A stretch of 64,000 nucleotides of DNA from an uncultured Nitrospinota bacterium (GCA_963707985.1 CAVPRW010000008.1:64001-128000); one strand, 5' to 3'; shown: positions 29,810-42,523, counted from the stretch's first letter. Made by a program: numbers and translations. The notes: generated by a model not told the origin, from the letters alone.

Positions 29810-30172
29810 TTAGCCTTTCTTCATCTCCTCGACTTCCTCGAACACTCTATCCGTCTCTTTCACCATATCGGCGATGGCACTCTTGTTCACCCGGATACGA
29901 ACCTGGTCGGCGATTTCAAGGTGAATGATGTCGTTGCGGATTTTAACGATGGTGCCATAGATGCCGCCGCTAGTGACCACGCGATCACCACGCTTCAGAT
30001 TTTGCAGCATCTGGCGGAGGTCTCGTTGCTTCTTCTGCTGAGGGCGAATGAGCAGGAAATAGAAGATCGCGAACATCGCGATGAAGGGAATCAGCATGTT
30101 GACTTGCCCGAAGATCCCCCCTCCGCCACCTGGCGCAGCTCCGGAGGTTTGTGCGTAGGCCCACTCCAGCAT
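29810..30172 (-). CDS. yajC: Preprotein translocase subunit YajC
   Basis: FYFLLIRPQQK and LKRGDRVVTSGGIYG. Confidence 0.96.
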   Translation of the reverse strand: MLEWAYAQTSGAAPGGGGGIFGQVNMLIPFIAMFAIFYFLLIRPQQKKQRDLRQMLQNLKRGDRVVTSGGIYGTIVKIRNDIIHLEIADQVRIRVNKSAIADMVKETDRVFEEVEEMKKG

Positions 30173-30318
30173 TGATGTCTCCCTTTCTAGTGTGCAACCT
30201 TGCAGCTGGCCTGCGTCGCAGGCGCCATGCGGACTAGAGCATAAATTATAGCCAGGTCGTTGAGGCACGTGCAAGCAAAATCACCCGGATCCGCGAGCAA
30301 CGATGAAAAACAGCAGGC

Positions 30319-30358
30319 AAAAAAATGGGTCCCCACCGCAGAGCTAAGGTAGGGACCC
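30319..30358 (-). terminator. Rho-independent terminator after glnA
   Basis: Minus strand GGGTCCCTACC-loop-GGTGGGGACCC followed by ATTTTTTT. Confidence 0.8.
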
Positions 30359-30439
30359 GCAGGCAACGAGTCTTCGCTGCGAGCGACGACCCTGAGTCAG
30401 CAACCGACAGCGGACAAGGTACCCCGTTCGGCAGCTTTC

Positions 30440-31852
30440 TTACACATCGTAGTAGAGGGCGAACTCGTACGGATGCGGCCGTAGGCGCACCTCGTCGATT
30501 TCTCGATGGCGCTTGAAGTATAACCAGGTGTCTAGCGTGTCTTTGGTGAAGACATCTCCCTTCATCAAGAAGTCGTGATCGCGCTCCAGCGCCAGGAGAG
30601 CATCCTCCAAACTACCCGGCACCGAGGGCACATCCTTCAGTTCTTCGGGGCCGAGTTCGTAAATATCTTTGTCCAACGGATCGCCCGGATCGATCTTGTT
30701 CTCGATGCCGTCCAGTCCGGCCATGAGCATGGCGGCGAAGGCCAGGTAGGGGTTACTCGAACCATCGGGGAACCGCACTTCGATACGCTTGGCTTTAGGG
30801 TTCGTGAAGTACATCGGGATGCGCACGCTAGCGCTGCGGTTACGGCTCGAGTAGGCCAGGTTGACTGGGGCTTCAAAGCCAGGCACTAAGCGTTTATAGG
30901 AGTTCGTCGTGGGGGCTACCAGGGCACAAAGCGCCGCCGCATGATGCAGGATGCCGCCAATGTAGTACAGGGCCGTTTTGCTCAAACCCGCATAGTCATT
31001 GCCTGGGAACAACGGCTGATCGTTCTTCCACAGGCTTTGGTGGACATGCATACCCGTGCCGTTGTCGCCGAAGATGGGTTTCGGCATAAAGGTTGCGGTT
31101 TTATTGTGCCGACGCGCCACATTCTTGATGATGTACTTGTACCACATCACCTTGTCCGCCATTAGCGTCAGCGGTGAGAAGCGCATATCGATTTCACATT
31201 GCCCGGCAGTAGCCACCTCGTGGTGTTGCGCTTCGACGATGATGCCCACCTTCTCGAGCGTCAGGACCATCTCAGTCCGCAGATCCTGGAGGGTATCGGT
31301 GGGGGAGACGGGGAAGTAGCCCTCTTTAAATCGTGGTTTGTATCCCAGATTGGGCTTCTCTTCGCGACCGCTGTTCCAGCGCCCTTCGACGGAGTCGATG
31401 AAGTAGTACCCGCAGTTCTCGTGGAAATCGTAGCGGATGTCATCGAAGACAAAGAACTCGAGTTCGGGGCCGAAATAGGCGGTATCAGCCAGCCCTGTTT
31501 GCCTGAGAAAGGCCTCGGCTTTTTGGGCGATATAGCGCGGATCACGCGAATAGCGTTCGCGCGTGATGGGGTCCAGCACGTCGCAGATCATGGTCAGGGT
31601 AGGGACCTCGGTAAAGGGATCCATATTCGCGCTGTTGGGATCTGGAATCACCAGCATATCGCTCAGGTTAATCGCTTGCCAACCCCTGATACTCGAGCCA
31701 TCGAACCCGTAGCCATCTTCCAGGGAACTCTCGCTTACCTCACTAATGGGCACAGAGAAATGTTGCCATAATCCTGGCAAGTCGATGAACTTGAGGTCCA
31801 CCATTTTGGCGCCATTCTCTTTGGCCATACTCAGCACTTCTTTTGGTGTCAT
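30440..31852 (-). CDS. glnA: Glutamine synthetase type I
   Basis: [38 protein letters not shown] and adenylylation-site region DKDIYEL. Confidence 0.99.
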   Translation of the reverse strand: MTPKEVLSMAKENGAKMVDLKFIDLPGLWQHFSVPISEVSESSLEDGYGFDGSSIRGWQAINLSDMLVIPDPNSANMDPFTEVPTLTMICDVLDPITRERYSRDPRYIAQKAEAFLRQTGLADTAYFGPELEFFVFDDIRYDFHENCGYYFIDSVEGRWNSGREEKPNLGYKPRFKEGYFPVSPTDTLQDLRTEMVLTLEKVGIIVEAQHHEVATAGQCEIDMRFSPLTLMADKVMWYKYIIKNVARRHNKTATFMPKPIFGDNGTGMHVHQSLWKNDQPLFPGNDYAGLSKTALYYIGGILHHAAALCALVAPTTNSYKRLVPGFEAPVNLAYSSRNRSASVRIPMYFTNPKAKRIEVRFPDGSSNPYLAFAAMLMAGLDGIENKIDPGDPLDKDIYELGPEELKDVPSVPGSLEDALLALERDHDFLMKGDVFTKDTLDTWLYFKRHREIDEVRLRPHPYEFALYYDV

Positions 31853-31881
31853 GCCCTACTCCTCCCCCAACGATTGCCGTG

Positions 31882-32268
<387 letters not shown>

Positions 32269-32340
32269 TTAGCTCCCACATCGTGCCCGAGTCGTTAGCA
32301 TGACAAAGACGAGAGCTTCCAGGTGCTAACCTGCGGTCCT

Positions 32341-32369
32341 ATCGTAGCAAATCTTCGGAATACTGTAAA
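32341..32369 (-). promoter_or_regulatory. Putative sigma70 promoter of glnB-glnA
   Basis: Minus strand TTTACA-N17-TACGAT. Confidence 0.55.
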
Positions 32370-32435
32370 GGGACGGCAGGGCGGGTGGCACAGAGCCAGC
32401 CACGATCCCCAGAGGCCTCTAAGTCCGTGAATCAG

Positions 32436-32450
32436 GCATGTTTCGTGCCA
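32436..32450 (-). promoter_or_regulatory. Putative sigma54 (-24/-12) promoter of glnB-glnA
   Basis: Minus strand TGGCACGAAACATGC (GG-N10-GC). Confidence 0.6.
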
Positions 32451-32653
32451 GCCATGCCACCGTAGCCTTGACTGTCGCTATTCGCGGCGGCGAGCGCCCC
32501 CATAGTTTCAGCGGCGAGATGCAGCATCGATCTGGATGCACCCGTAGTGATGAAAGGTTGGGCAGTACGCATGATGGACCGCCGAAATGTCAGGCAGGAC
32601 AAGTACGCTTGAAGGACCAAATAACCAACGCAAGCGCCTATGCTCGCTCGCGA

Positions 32654-32682
32654 GGCGGGAGGGTTGCTCCGACCCTCCCGCC
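32654..32682 (-). terminator. Stem-loop after groEL
   Basis: GGCGGGAGGGT / ACCCTCCCGCC 11-bp stem just after the stop; no U-tract. Confidence 0.55.
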
Positions 32683-32688
32683 AGTCGC

Positions 32689-34386
<1,698 letters not shown>

Positions 34387-34446
34387 TCACCTGCAACACA
34401 ACGTTGTGATTTCAAGCACTGGTGGGCAAGCATTCGGCTGGATTCT

Positions 34447-34473
34447 TTAGCACTCTCACGTGTAGAGTGCTAA
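34447..34473. promoter_or_regulatory. CIRCE element (HrcA operator)
   Basis: Perfect TTAGCACTC-tcacgtgta-GAGTGCTAA upstream of groEL. Confidence 0.97.
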
Positions 34474-34477
34474 CACA

Positions 34478-34506
34478 AATATACGCATAGCCCCGTGCCT
34501 TGGCAA
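34478..34506 (-). promoter_or_regulatory. sigma70-type promoter of groEL
   Basis: Minus strand TTGCCA-N17-TATATT immediately upstream of CIRCE. Confidence 0.7.
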
Positions 34507-34534
34507 GGGAAAAAGTAGCTCGACCAGAAGTGGC

Positions 34535-35809
34535 TCACGGCAACCGCAGCGCTTTCGCGCCGATGTCGGTGCGGTAGTGTACGCCATCCCAACTGATACA
34601 ATGCACTGTCTGGTAGGCACGGTCGAGTGCCTGGCGGAGGTTCGACCCCAGAGCCGTCACTCCCAGGACACGGCCGCCGCTGGTCAGCAGCTGTCCATCG
34701 CGGCGGGCAGTTCCGGCGTGGAACACGGCGACCCCAGGCCCCTGTGCCGCTTGCTCAACGCCAGCAATCGGCTGGCCGCGCTCATACGCCTCGGGATAAC
34801 CACGCGACGCCATGACGACACACACGGCCGCATCGTCTACCAAACGGCACGCCTGGCGCGTTAACGTCCCATCAGTGGTTGCCAGCAAGAGGGGTAAGAG
34901 ATCGCTCTCCAACCGCATCATCAAAACCTGCGCCTCGGGATCGCCAAAGCGGGCGTTGAATTCGATGACCCACAACCGACCCTCGACTAACATCAGCCCC
35001 GCATAGAGCACCCCCTGGAACAGCCGCCCTTCAGCGGCCATAGCGTGTACCGTGGGGCGCATGATTTCGTCCATAATCCGTTCAGAGAGTGCGACATCCA
35101 CCACCGGCACAGGTGAGTAGGCCCCCATCCCACCGGTGTTCGGGCCTTCATCGCCATCGTCGATCGCTTTGTGGTCCTGGCAGACAGGCAACGGCACCAA
35201 TGCGGTCCCATCGGTGAGGGCGAAGAATGACAACTCCTCACCTCGGAGAAACCGCTCAATCACCACCTGGGCCCCAGCCTCGCCAAATACCTTCACCCGC
35301 ATCATCTGATCGATCGCCTCACGGGCGCTGGCTCTGGTCTGACAGACGGTGGCACCCTTGCCCGCCGCCAGTCCATCGGCTTTCACGACAAGCGGAGTCG
35401 GGTGTTGGTCGATATACCTCTCAGCCTGCTGGGGATCGGAGAAGGTTTGAAAAGGCGCGGTGGGAACGCCATACTTAACCATGAGGGATTTGGCAAAGAC
35501 TTTGCTACTTTCAATGATGGCGGCGTGCTGGGTGGGACCAAAGATTGCGTGCCCCTCCTGACGAAACCGATCGACGATGCCGAGCGCCAGAGGAAATTCC
35601 GGGCCAACAACGGTGAAGTCGATGGCAGAATCGTGGGCAAACGCCAGCAAGGAGGTAATGTCGTCGGCGCGGATCGGCACATTCTCTGCCTGCTCGGCCG
35701 TACCGGCATTGCCAGGAGCGCAATAGAGCCGGGAGAGTAGGGGACTTTGGGCTAGCTTCCAGACCAGTGCATGTTCACGTCCACCGCTGCCGATGACCAA
35801 GACCTTCAT
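34535..35809 (-). CDS. purD: Phosphoribosylamine-glycine ligase
   Basis: GSGGREHA, KADGLAAGKG, GPNTGGMGAYSP and EFNARFGDPE. Confidence 0.98.
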   Translation of the reverse strand: MKVLVIGSGGREHALVWKLAQSPLLSRLYCAPGNAGTAEQAENVPIRADDITSLLAFAHDSAIDFTVVGPEFPLALGIVDRFRQEGHAIFGPTQHAAIIESSKVFAKSLMVKYGVPTAPFQTFSDPQQAERYIDQHPTPLVVKADGLAAGKGATVCQTRASAREAIDQMMRVKVFGEAGAQVVIERFLRGEELSFFALTDGTALVPLPVCQDHKAIDDGDEGPNTGGMGAYSPVPVVDVALSERIMDEIMRPTVHAMAAEGRLFQGVLYAGLMLVEGRLWVIEFNARFGDPEAQVLMMRLESDLLPLLLATTDGTLTRQACRLVDDAAVCVVMASRGYPEAYERGQPIAGVEQAAQGPGVAVFHAGTARRDGQLLTSGGRVLGVTALGSNLRQALDRAYQTVHCISWDGVHYRTDIGAKALRLP

Positions 35810-35844
35810 GGGCCTCCCCCACCAGGATCGATGTACCCAGCCTG

Positions 35845-37422
35845 CTAATGCTTGAAATGCCGGATGCCGGTGAGCACCATGGCCAGACCATGTTCGTCTG
35901 CCGCCTGTGCTACCTCAGCATCGCGAATAGAGCCCCCTGGATGTGCCAGCGCGGTCACCCCGGCCTTGGCTGCTTCGTCGACCCCATCACGAAAGGGGAA
36001 AAAGGCATCGGACGCCAGTACCGTTCCGGCCGTCGGCAGTAACGCTTTCATCACCGCCAATTTCACCGAGTCGACCCGGCTCATCTGGCCAGCGCCAATG
36101 CCCACCGTCTGCCCGGCATGGGCTAGCACAATGGCGTTGGATTTGACATGCTTTGAGACGCGCCAGGCGAAATCCAGTCCGGACCACTCTTCCGCAGTCG
36201 GTTGTCGTGCGCTGACGACCTGTAATTTCGTGGGGTCCCAGCTCTGGGCGTCGCGGGCCTGCAGCAGCAGGCCTCCCGTGATACTGCGACTCTCGGAGGG
36301 GTTGAGGCTCAGGGAGCCGAGCTCGGGGAGGGCTAAGAGTCGAAGATTCTCGCGGCGCTGCAAGCCTGCTAGCGCTTCATCCGTGAATCCAGGTGCGATG
36401 ATGGCTTCTACTAATAAACCTCTTGTGGCCCGGAGCATCGAACCATCGAACGGGCGATTGACTCCGATGATGCCGCCATAGGCAGACACAGGATCGCAGG
36501 CGCGCGCACGTTCGAATGCCTCCACGAGAGAGCCCCCGAGTCCCACGCCACAAGGATTGGTATGTTTGACGATGCAGCAGGCAGGACTCTCGGGAAACTC
36601 CAACACCAGCCCCAGGGCTGCATTGAGATCCAAGAGATTGGTGTAGGAGAGGGCTCTACCCTGCAGCTGCTGTGCCTCGGCGAGCGACAGACCGTGACTG
36701 AGGCGGTCACGATAAAACGCCGCGGCCTGATGCGGATTTTCGCCGTAACGTAAATCCTGAACTTTGCTGAAGGTCAATGTCAATGTCTCTGGGAACACAC
36801 GACCATTCGACCTCGCATCGAGCTGCCAAGGGGGTTGATCTTGGGAGAGATAGGCAGCGATGAGAGCATCGTATTGAGCCGTATGGGCGAAGGCCTTCTG
36901 GGCAAGCTGCCAGCGCCGCTCGGTCGTGACGAGACCGGTGGCGCGAAGATCATTGAGGACAGGCGTGTAATCCGCAGGGTCGACCAGCACTGCTACCGAC
37001 TGATAATTCTTCGCTGCCGCCCGCACGAGGGTTGGGCCCCCGATGTCGATCTGCTCCAGAGCTTCCTCACGTGCCACATCTGGACGAGCGATGATCTCGG
37101 CAAAGGGGTAGAGGTTGACTGCAACCAAGTCAATCGGCTCGATGCCATGAGTGGCCAGAGCGCTCTGATGGGCGGGATTGTCGCGCTTTGCCAGGATACC
37201 GCCGTGAATGCGGGGGTGCAGCGTCTTCACGCGTCCATCTAAGATCTCCGGGAAACCCGTGTAGTCAGACACCGCCACCACCGGTATCCCAGCCGCCTGC
37301 AATAGGGTGGCCGTCCCGCCCGTGGAGAGGAGCTGTACACCTAGGGTGTGTAACGCCTTGGCAAAGTCGACAATTCCCTCCTTCTGCGATACACTGAGCA
37401 ATGCGCGTAGAATGCACCCCAT
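35845..37422 (-). CDS. purH: Bifunctional AICAR transformylase / IMP cyclohydrolase
   Basis: GRVKTLHP, IDIGGP, LRYGENPHQ, KHTNPCG and SDAFFPF. Confidence 0.98.
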   Translation of the reverse strand: MGCILRALLSVSQKEGIVDFAKALHTLGVQLLSTGGTATLLQAAGIPVVAVSDYTGFPEILDGRVKTLHPRIHGGILAKRDNPAHQSALATHGIEPIDLVAVNLYPFAEIIARPDVAREEALEQIDIGGPTLVRAAAKNYQSVAVLVDPADYTPVLNDLRATGLVTTERRWQLAQKAFAHTAQYDALIAAYLSQDQPPWQLDARSNGRVFPETLTLTFSKVQDLRYGENPHQAAAFYRDRLSHGLSLAEAQQLQGRALSYTNLLDLNAALGLVLEFPESPACCIVKHTNPCGVGLGGSLVEAFERARACDPVSAYGGIIGVNRPFDGSMLRATRGLLVEAIIAPGFTDEALAGLQRRENLRLLALPELGSLSLNPSESRSITGGLLLQARDAQSWDPTKLQVVSARQPTAEEWSGLDFAWRVSKHVKSNAIVLAHAGQTVGIGAGQMSRVDSVKLAVMKALLPTAGTVLASDAFFPFRDGVDEAAKAGVTALAHPGGSIRDAEVAQAADEHGLAMVLTGIRHFKH

Positions 37423-37434
37423 AAGATAGCTCCC

Positions 37435-38175
37435 CTAGCCTAAATCACCGAATCGATGCTGGAGCAAGGCAACGGCTACCACTGCTGCAGTCTCGGTCCG
37501 CAAGATGCGCTTCCCTAAGCCTGTGGGCAGGAAGCCATAGGCTTCCCCGCATGCCACTTCCTGCGCCGTCAAGCCCCCCTCTGGCCCAACGACCACAGCC
37601 ACCGACGCCACCGGCGCAGATCCTGCCAGGACGGTGCGCAGGAGCCGTCTCTCCTCCCCCTCCCACAACACCAGCTTGAGCTCGGAACTTTGGCAGGAGA
37701 CAAAAAACGCCTGCACCGGCATTGGCGCTCGCAAGTGCGGCACGGTTGCACGCCCACTTTGTTTACAGGCCTCGCGGGCAAGCTTCTCCCAACGGTCGAT
37801 TTTCCTAGCCATGTGGGCCCCGGAGAGGTGTGGTATGACTCGTTCGGTGATGAGTGGCGCAATGTCCGACACGCCCAACTCAGTTGTCTTCTGGATGACC
37901 CAGTCGAATTTTTCAGCTTTCGGTAAACCCTGCCCTAAGATAATAGAGGTGGATGGAGAGGCTTGCGGTGTAGCGTCAAAAAGAATTCTACAGACAACTC
38001 CTCCGGTGTCCAGACCCTCGACCACGGTCACATATTCGTGACCACTGCCATCAAAGACGATAACCTGCGCACCCGGCCCCAATCTGAGGACGCGTACCAA
38101 GTGGTCTGCTTCATCGCCCCGCAGGCGTAGCTCTTGAGTGCCGACATCATCCGGTCGCACGAAAAAACGGCGCAT
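37435..38175 (-). CDS. rsmE: 16S rRNA m3U1498 methyltransferase
   Basis: HLVRVLR, QKTTELGV, VGPEGG and LGKRILRTETA. Confidence 0.96.
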   Translation of the reverse strand: MRRFFVRPDDVGTQELRLRGDEADHLVRVLRLGPGAQVIVFDGSGHEYVTVVEGLDTGGVVCRILFDATPQASPSTSIILGQGLPKAEKFDWVIQKTTELGVSDIAPLITERVIPHLSGAHMARKIDRWEKLAREACKQSGRATVPHLRAPMPVQAFFVSCQSSELKLVLWEGEERRLLRTVLAGSAPVASVAVVVGPEGGLTAQEVACGEAYGFLPTGLGKRILRTETAAVVAVALLQHRFGDLG

Positions 38176-38181
38176 GGCGCC

Positions 38182-39129
38182 TCAGGCCTCTTCACAGATG
38201 ACTGCAGTCCATTCCTCCTGCGATACCTGGTGGGTGATGCGCCATCCGTGCGTCAAGATGCCGGACCGTAATTGTGGGACTTCCGCGCTGAGAATGCCCG
38301 ATAGCACGACGACACCACCAGGTACGATGGCGGTGTGGAGAGGCTCCAGCATGGCGAGAATCGGCTCTAGCAAAATATTGGCCACTACGATGTCGAATCG
38401 GTCTGTGACCATCTCCAGGGAGCCAGCCGTAAAACTCGTCTGCTTCGAGAGTTGGTTCAGCCGCGCATTGACGCGGGCCACCCAGACGGCCAAGCGATCG
38501 AGATCAATACCGAATGCCGCGGCACAGCCGAATAACACGCCAGCCAGGCTGAGGATCCCGCTGCCACAACCGACGTCGAGAAGACGTCCGCCAGATCGCA
38601 GGCCAATGATCGTCTCCAGGGAGACGAGGCACAGTTGCGTCGTCGCGTGCAGGCCGGTTCCAAAGGCTTGTCCAGGGTTGAGCGTCAAGACCAACTCATC
38701 AGTAGCCGCGGCATAAGGCTCCCAGGGAGGACGTATGACCAACCGCTTGCCAAGCTTGAAGGGACGGTAGAAGCGTTTCCACTGCTCGACCCAGGCACCC
38801 CCATCGATCACCTGCATAGACAGCATCGGTTGAGCACTACTGCCTGCGCAAAGATCGTCGAGCGCACGTCGTACTTCGGCCAAGAGTCGCTCGCTGATCT
38901 GCTCCATGGGAAAGGCGGCGATCACCTTCGTCATTTCTCCGGCTTGTCCAACAGAAGTTTCGCCTGACCGCTGCAGGCCTTCCTGGACGACTCCGGGAGA
39001 ACCAAGCGCCACCAGAGTTTCTCCTAAGGTCTCGGCGCTAGCCGACGGTAGCGTCATCGTCAGCTCAAGCCATTGTCCGCCGCGGCCGAGAGGAGCTTTA
39101 AATCGCTGGAGAGGAGACTTATGGGCCAT
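38182..39129 (-). CDS. prmA: Ribosomal protein L11 methyltransferase
   Basis: NPGQAFGTGLHATT, LDVGCGSGIL, VANIL and LSGIL. Confidence 0.94.
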   Translation of the reverse strand: MAHKSPLQRFKAPLGRGGQWLELTMTLPSASAETLGETLVALGSPGVVQEGLQRSGETSVGQAGEMTKVIAAFPMEQISERLLAEVRRALDDLCAGSSAQPMLSMQVIDGGAWVEQWKRFYRPFKLGKRLVIRPPWEPYAAATDELVLTLNPGQAFGTGLHATTQLCLVSLETIIGLRSGGRLLDVGCGSGILSLAGVLFGCAAAFGIDLDRLAVWVARVNARLNQLSKQTSFTAGSLEMVTDRFDIVVANILLEPILAMLEPLHTAIVPGGVVVLSGILSAEVPQLRSGILTHGWRITHQVSQEEWTAVICEEA

Positions 39130-39427
39130 GCCCCCATAATAGTCTGGAGCTGTGACGGGCGTCAAGGATCTCGGCCAGATGCTTGGGCTCATCCACCATT
39201 CCGGGGTTACAGGAAGCGCCTCACACCGGCCCGTCTCTTCTGTGAGCTGCGCAGCCGGCCAGCAGGGAGGGGATCATTGCGACAAGCAGTGACATCTGAT
39301 AGATTATTAACCGCTTCTCCCAAGGGCAAAACGTTTTCTCAACATTCAACGACAACCCTGTCCGGACTGGCCGCTGGGTCGTTACCAGGATTTCTATCGT
39401 GCAGGGAGCCACGAACGGAGGGGGACG

Positions 39428-40651
39428 ATGGACGATCCAAAATTACGCCCAATCGAAGCGTTCCCGGTTGATCTTGGCGGACGTCAGGCGATCTGCCTGA
39501 GAGACCCAACGCAACTAGCTGATGAGGCGGTGTTTGTCCCACCAGAGGCACTCTTCATTCTCGCTCATTTTGATGGCAGGCATGCCATCCTCGACATTCA
39601 GGAAGCCTACACCCGCCAGTTCGGCCGATTACTCTCAAGCGATGCCATCAAAGGGCTTATCGCCAAGCTGGATGCGTCTCTCTTGCTGGACAACGAACGC
39701 TTCAAGGCACACAAGCAACAGCTGGTTGCGGCCTTTCACGCCTCCCCTGTCCGCCATGCCGCCCATGCGGGCACCGCCTATGAAGCCGATCCGACCGCGC
39801 TTGGCGACCAACTCGCCGGGTATTTCGCTGATCCTGCGGGCCCTGGGACTGGTGCAGCACTGACGATCGACGGGACGGTCCAGGGCATTCTCGCGCCGCA
39901 CATCGACCCACGTCGTGGGGGACCATGTTTCGCCTGGGCCTATGAGGCCATCCGCCAGGTGAGAGCTGACCTATTCGTGATTTTTGGCACCGCGCACCAA
40001 CCGACCTCTGTGCCATTCCCGCTCACGTTGAAAGACTATGCGACGCCGCTTGGGATCGTGGAGACAGACAAGGCATTTGTGCGGGCCCTGGCGCGGCGCT
40101 ATGCCACTGACCTCCTGTCGGATGAGTGGGCGCATCGTTCGGAACACTCTATCGAATTTCAGGTCCTCTTTTTACAGCACATCCTTGGTCCGGCACGAAA
40201 GTTTCGGGTCGTGCCGATCCTGGTTGGCTCCTTCCACGAGTGTGTGGAACGCCAGATCAATCCAGCTGAGATGGTCCACATCGCGGATTTCATCCAGGCC
40301 ATCCGGGAGGTCTCAAACGCGTGCAACGAGCCCGCGTGCTTTATCGTTGGTGGGGATTTGGCCCATGTGGGGATGAAATTCGGAGATCAGGGACAATTGA
40401 CCCCGGCGTTTCTCGATCAAGTGGCCCAGGACGATCAGGCCTTACTCGCCGCCGCTGCTCGAATGGACGCGGAAGGCTTCTTCCAAGTCATCGCCGAGCA
40501 TCATGACCGGCGGCGAATCTGTGGTTTTCCGCCAACGTACCTGTTACTCAGTACAATGCCTGCCACTGCTGGAACGCTGCTTAAATACAACCAAGCCGTT
40601 GAGCCCGCCACGCAATCGATGGTCTCCTATGCCAGTGTGGTCTTTCATTAA
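39428..40651 (+). CDS. MEMO1 family protein (AmmeMemoRadiSam protein B) with N-terminal extension
   Basis: HAGTAY, APHID, GTAH, EHSIEFQ, DLAHVG, ICGFPP and VSYAS. Confidence 0.9.
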   Translation: MDDPKLRPIEAFPVDLGGRQAICLRDPTQLADEAVFVPPEALFILAHFDGRHAILDIQEAYTRQFGRLLSSDAIKGLIAKLDASLLLDNERFKAHKQQLVAAFHASPVRHAAHAGTAYEADPTALGDQLAGYFADPAGPGTGAALTIDGTVQGILAPHIDPRRGGPCFAWAYEAIRQVRADLFVIFGTAHQPTSVPFPLTLKDYATPLGIVETDKAFVRALARRYATDLLSDEWAHRSEHSIEFQVLFLQHILGPARKFRVVPILVGSFHECVERQINPAEMVHIADFIQAIREVSNACNEPACFIVGGDLAHVGMKFGDQGQLTPAFLDQVAQDDQALLAAAARMDAEGFFQVIAEHHDRRRICGFPPTYLLLSTMPATAGTLLKYNQAVEPATQSMVSYASVVFH

Positions 40652-40663
40652 GGGGGAAGCACG

Positions 40664-41128
40664 ATGGCTGGCCACATTCGGGCAAGTGGAGTGATCATCT
40701 ACTATCTCGATCAGAACGAGCCCCATTTTTTGCTGCTCCGCAGCCGACGCGATCGTTCCTGGGGATTTCCAAAGGGGCACCTCCTCGAAGGCGAAGATTT
40801 GCTGGGTGGGGCCATGCGGGAGCTCTGGGAGGAGACTGGCATTCGCGAGCCCAGCCTGCTGCCAGGCTTCACCGAACATGTCACCTACCGTGTGAATCGC
40901 GGTGGGCGATTTCGCCAGAAGACCGTTACCTATTTCCTCGGCCGCGTCGAGACGCCATCGGTGCGACTGTCTGAGGAACATAGCGAACACCGCTGGGCAA
41001 TCGTCGAAGATGCTAGGAAGACGCTGACGTTCGAGAATCTTCGCAGTCTGGTGACGCGTGCCTGGATGATCGTGGCGCCGCTGCCACCGTCGCGTGAGGC
41101 AGAAAGTTCCCCCCTGTCCCAACAGTAA
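40664..41128 (+). CDS. NUDIX hydrolase, Ap4A-hydrolase-like
   Basis: Nudix box WGFPKGHLLEGE...AMRELWEETGI; KTVTYF and LSEEH. Confidence 0.9.
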   Translation: MAGHIRASGVIIYYLDQNEPHFLLLRSRRDRSWGFPKGHLLEGEDLLGGAMRELWEETGIREPSLLPGFTEHVTYRVNRGGRFRQKTVTYFLGRVETPSVRLSEEHSEHRWAIVEDARKTLTFENLRSLVTRAWMIVAPLPPSREAESSPLSQQ

Positions 41129-41450
41129 CTGACGCTTTGTGGCCCGAGCCCTCGTCGTTCTCCTATAGAAGCCCCAGCCAGCTTCCCCCAGCCTTTGCAA
41201 ACGATGGCGTGATTCTTGTGAAAGTTCCAGAGCAGTGGTTAGCGGTGCTTCCCCAGGTGTCAAGCGCCACTACCTTTGGACAGGTGGTGACGTCTCATGA
41301 ATGGCAACCGTTGATGCGGAACGTGAAAATCAAGGCGGTCAAGGTGCCATAAAGTTGTGTATGATACGTGGCGCATGTTTGCTTGTCCGGGTGCGACTTG
41401 CGCCACTGGTTCAAGATGGATGGATGCCCATGAACGGCTGTCAGCATACG

Positions 41451-42029
41451 ATGTATCGGATAGGCTGGCTCGGGTTGATGCTGGTGACGAGTATTGCGAC
41501 AGCCTGGGCGCACATCGATATCGAGCCAAAAGCGACAATCCCCAGCCGGTGGGAGACGTTCATCCTGAGCGTCCCCACGGAAACTGCAGCCCCAACGGTA
41601 GAAGTCCAATTATCGATTCCAGAAGGCTTTGAGGTGGAAGCCGTCGGACACCGGACCGATTGGCATATGGCACTGCACCGTGATGCACGCGGGTTTGTGC
41701 GCGAGATCGTCTGGTCTGGTGGACAGCTTCCGCCGCTCACCTTCGATGAGTTCAAACTCTTGGCTAAGGCCGCGCAATCCCCCGGTGCGTATGAGTGGCT
41801 AGCTCGGCAACGCTATGCCGACGATCAGCAAAGCACCTGGACGTTGCGCACGCTCGTGCAGGTCGAAGGCAGCGGGCTGCCGACTCAAAAAATCGAAGAA
41901 GCCCTCAAAACCGCACAAGTCGCCATGACTGTCAGCTTCCTTGCCGTCGGCGTAGCAACCATCTTAATCGTGGTGACTCTGATCGCCGTCTGGCGTGGGA
42001 TACCAGGGAAGGGACGGCTGGACGGATGA
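41451..42029 (+). CDS. YcnI/DUF1775 family copper-binding membrane-anchored protein
   Basis: Signal peptide ending AWA then His; VPTE; IVWSGGQLPP; C-terminal TM helix. Confidence 0.78.
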   Translation: MYRIGWLGLMLVTSIATAWAHIDIEPKATIPSRWETFILSVPTETAAPTVEVQLSIPEGFEVEAVGHRTDWHMALHRDARGFVREIVWSGGQLPPLTFDEFKLLAKAAQSPGAYEWLARQRYADDQQSTWTLRTLVQVEGSGLPTQKIEEALKTAQVAMTVSFLAVGVATILIVVTLIAVWRGIPGKGRLDG

Positions 42030-42523
42030 GGCTCTTTGTTGAGTATTGGAGTACCCTGCTGCATTTGTTCGGACTGTTACTACTTGCCGGGGGGCATCTG
42101 TGGCTGGCCGTGTGCTCAGTGAAAGCTGAGCAGTCCGCCTTCGATTACGGGCAGCGCTTCTTGCTCGAGCTCCTACCGACCATCTCAACGCTCTTTGGGG
42201 TAGGGGTGCTCCTATTGTTTGCCAGTGGCATGGCCAAGCTCCTGCTCTGGTACGAGCCGGGCTTTATCTTCCTGCCGCTGCCGTATGGCTGGATTCTCCT
42301 CATAAAGCTCGTGCTCTATATGGCTATCGTAGTCAACGGCATCTGGATCGAGCGCCGACACATGGTGCGGCTGGGCAAGCTCGGGCTGCCTGAGGTAGGT
42401 GATCGTATCAGCACTGAACTGGCGACTACATGGGAGGCGTTGCAACGACAGGCGCGACTGAATTTTGTCCTCATCATGGTGGTCGTGGCCTTCGGCGAGA
42501 CTCTCCGGTTTGCCAAGATGTGA
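42026..42523 (+). CDS. Four-TM membrane protein, CopD-like
   Basis: ATGA overlap with the upstream gene; LHLFG...GG, ASG and YGWILLIKLVL. Confidence 0.6.
   Translation: MRLFVEYWSTLLHLFGLLLLAGGHLWLAVCSVKAEQSAFDYGQRFLLELLPTISTLFGVGVLLLFASGMAKLLLWYEPGFIFLPLPYGWILLIKLVLYMAIVVNGIWIERRHMVRLGKLGLPEVGDRISTELATTWEALQRQARLNFVLIMVVVAFGETLRFAKM

Noticed and set aside
41369..41383. sigma54-like TGGCGCATGTTTGCT before the YcnI-like gene
   Set aside because: GG-to-GC spacing is 9, not the required 10.
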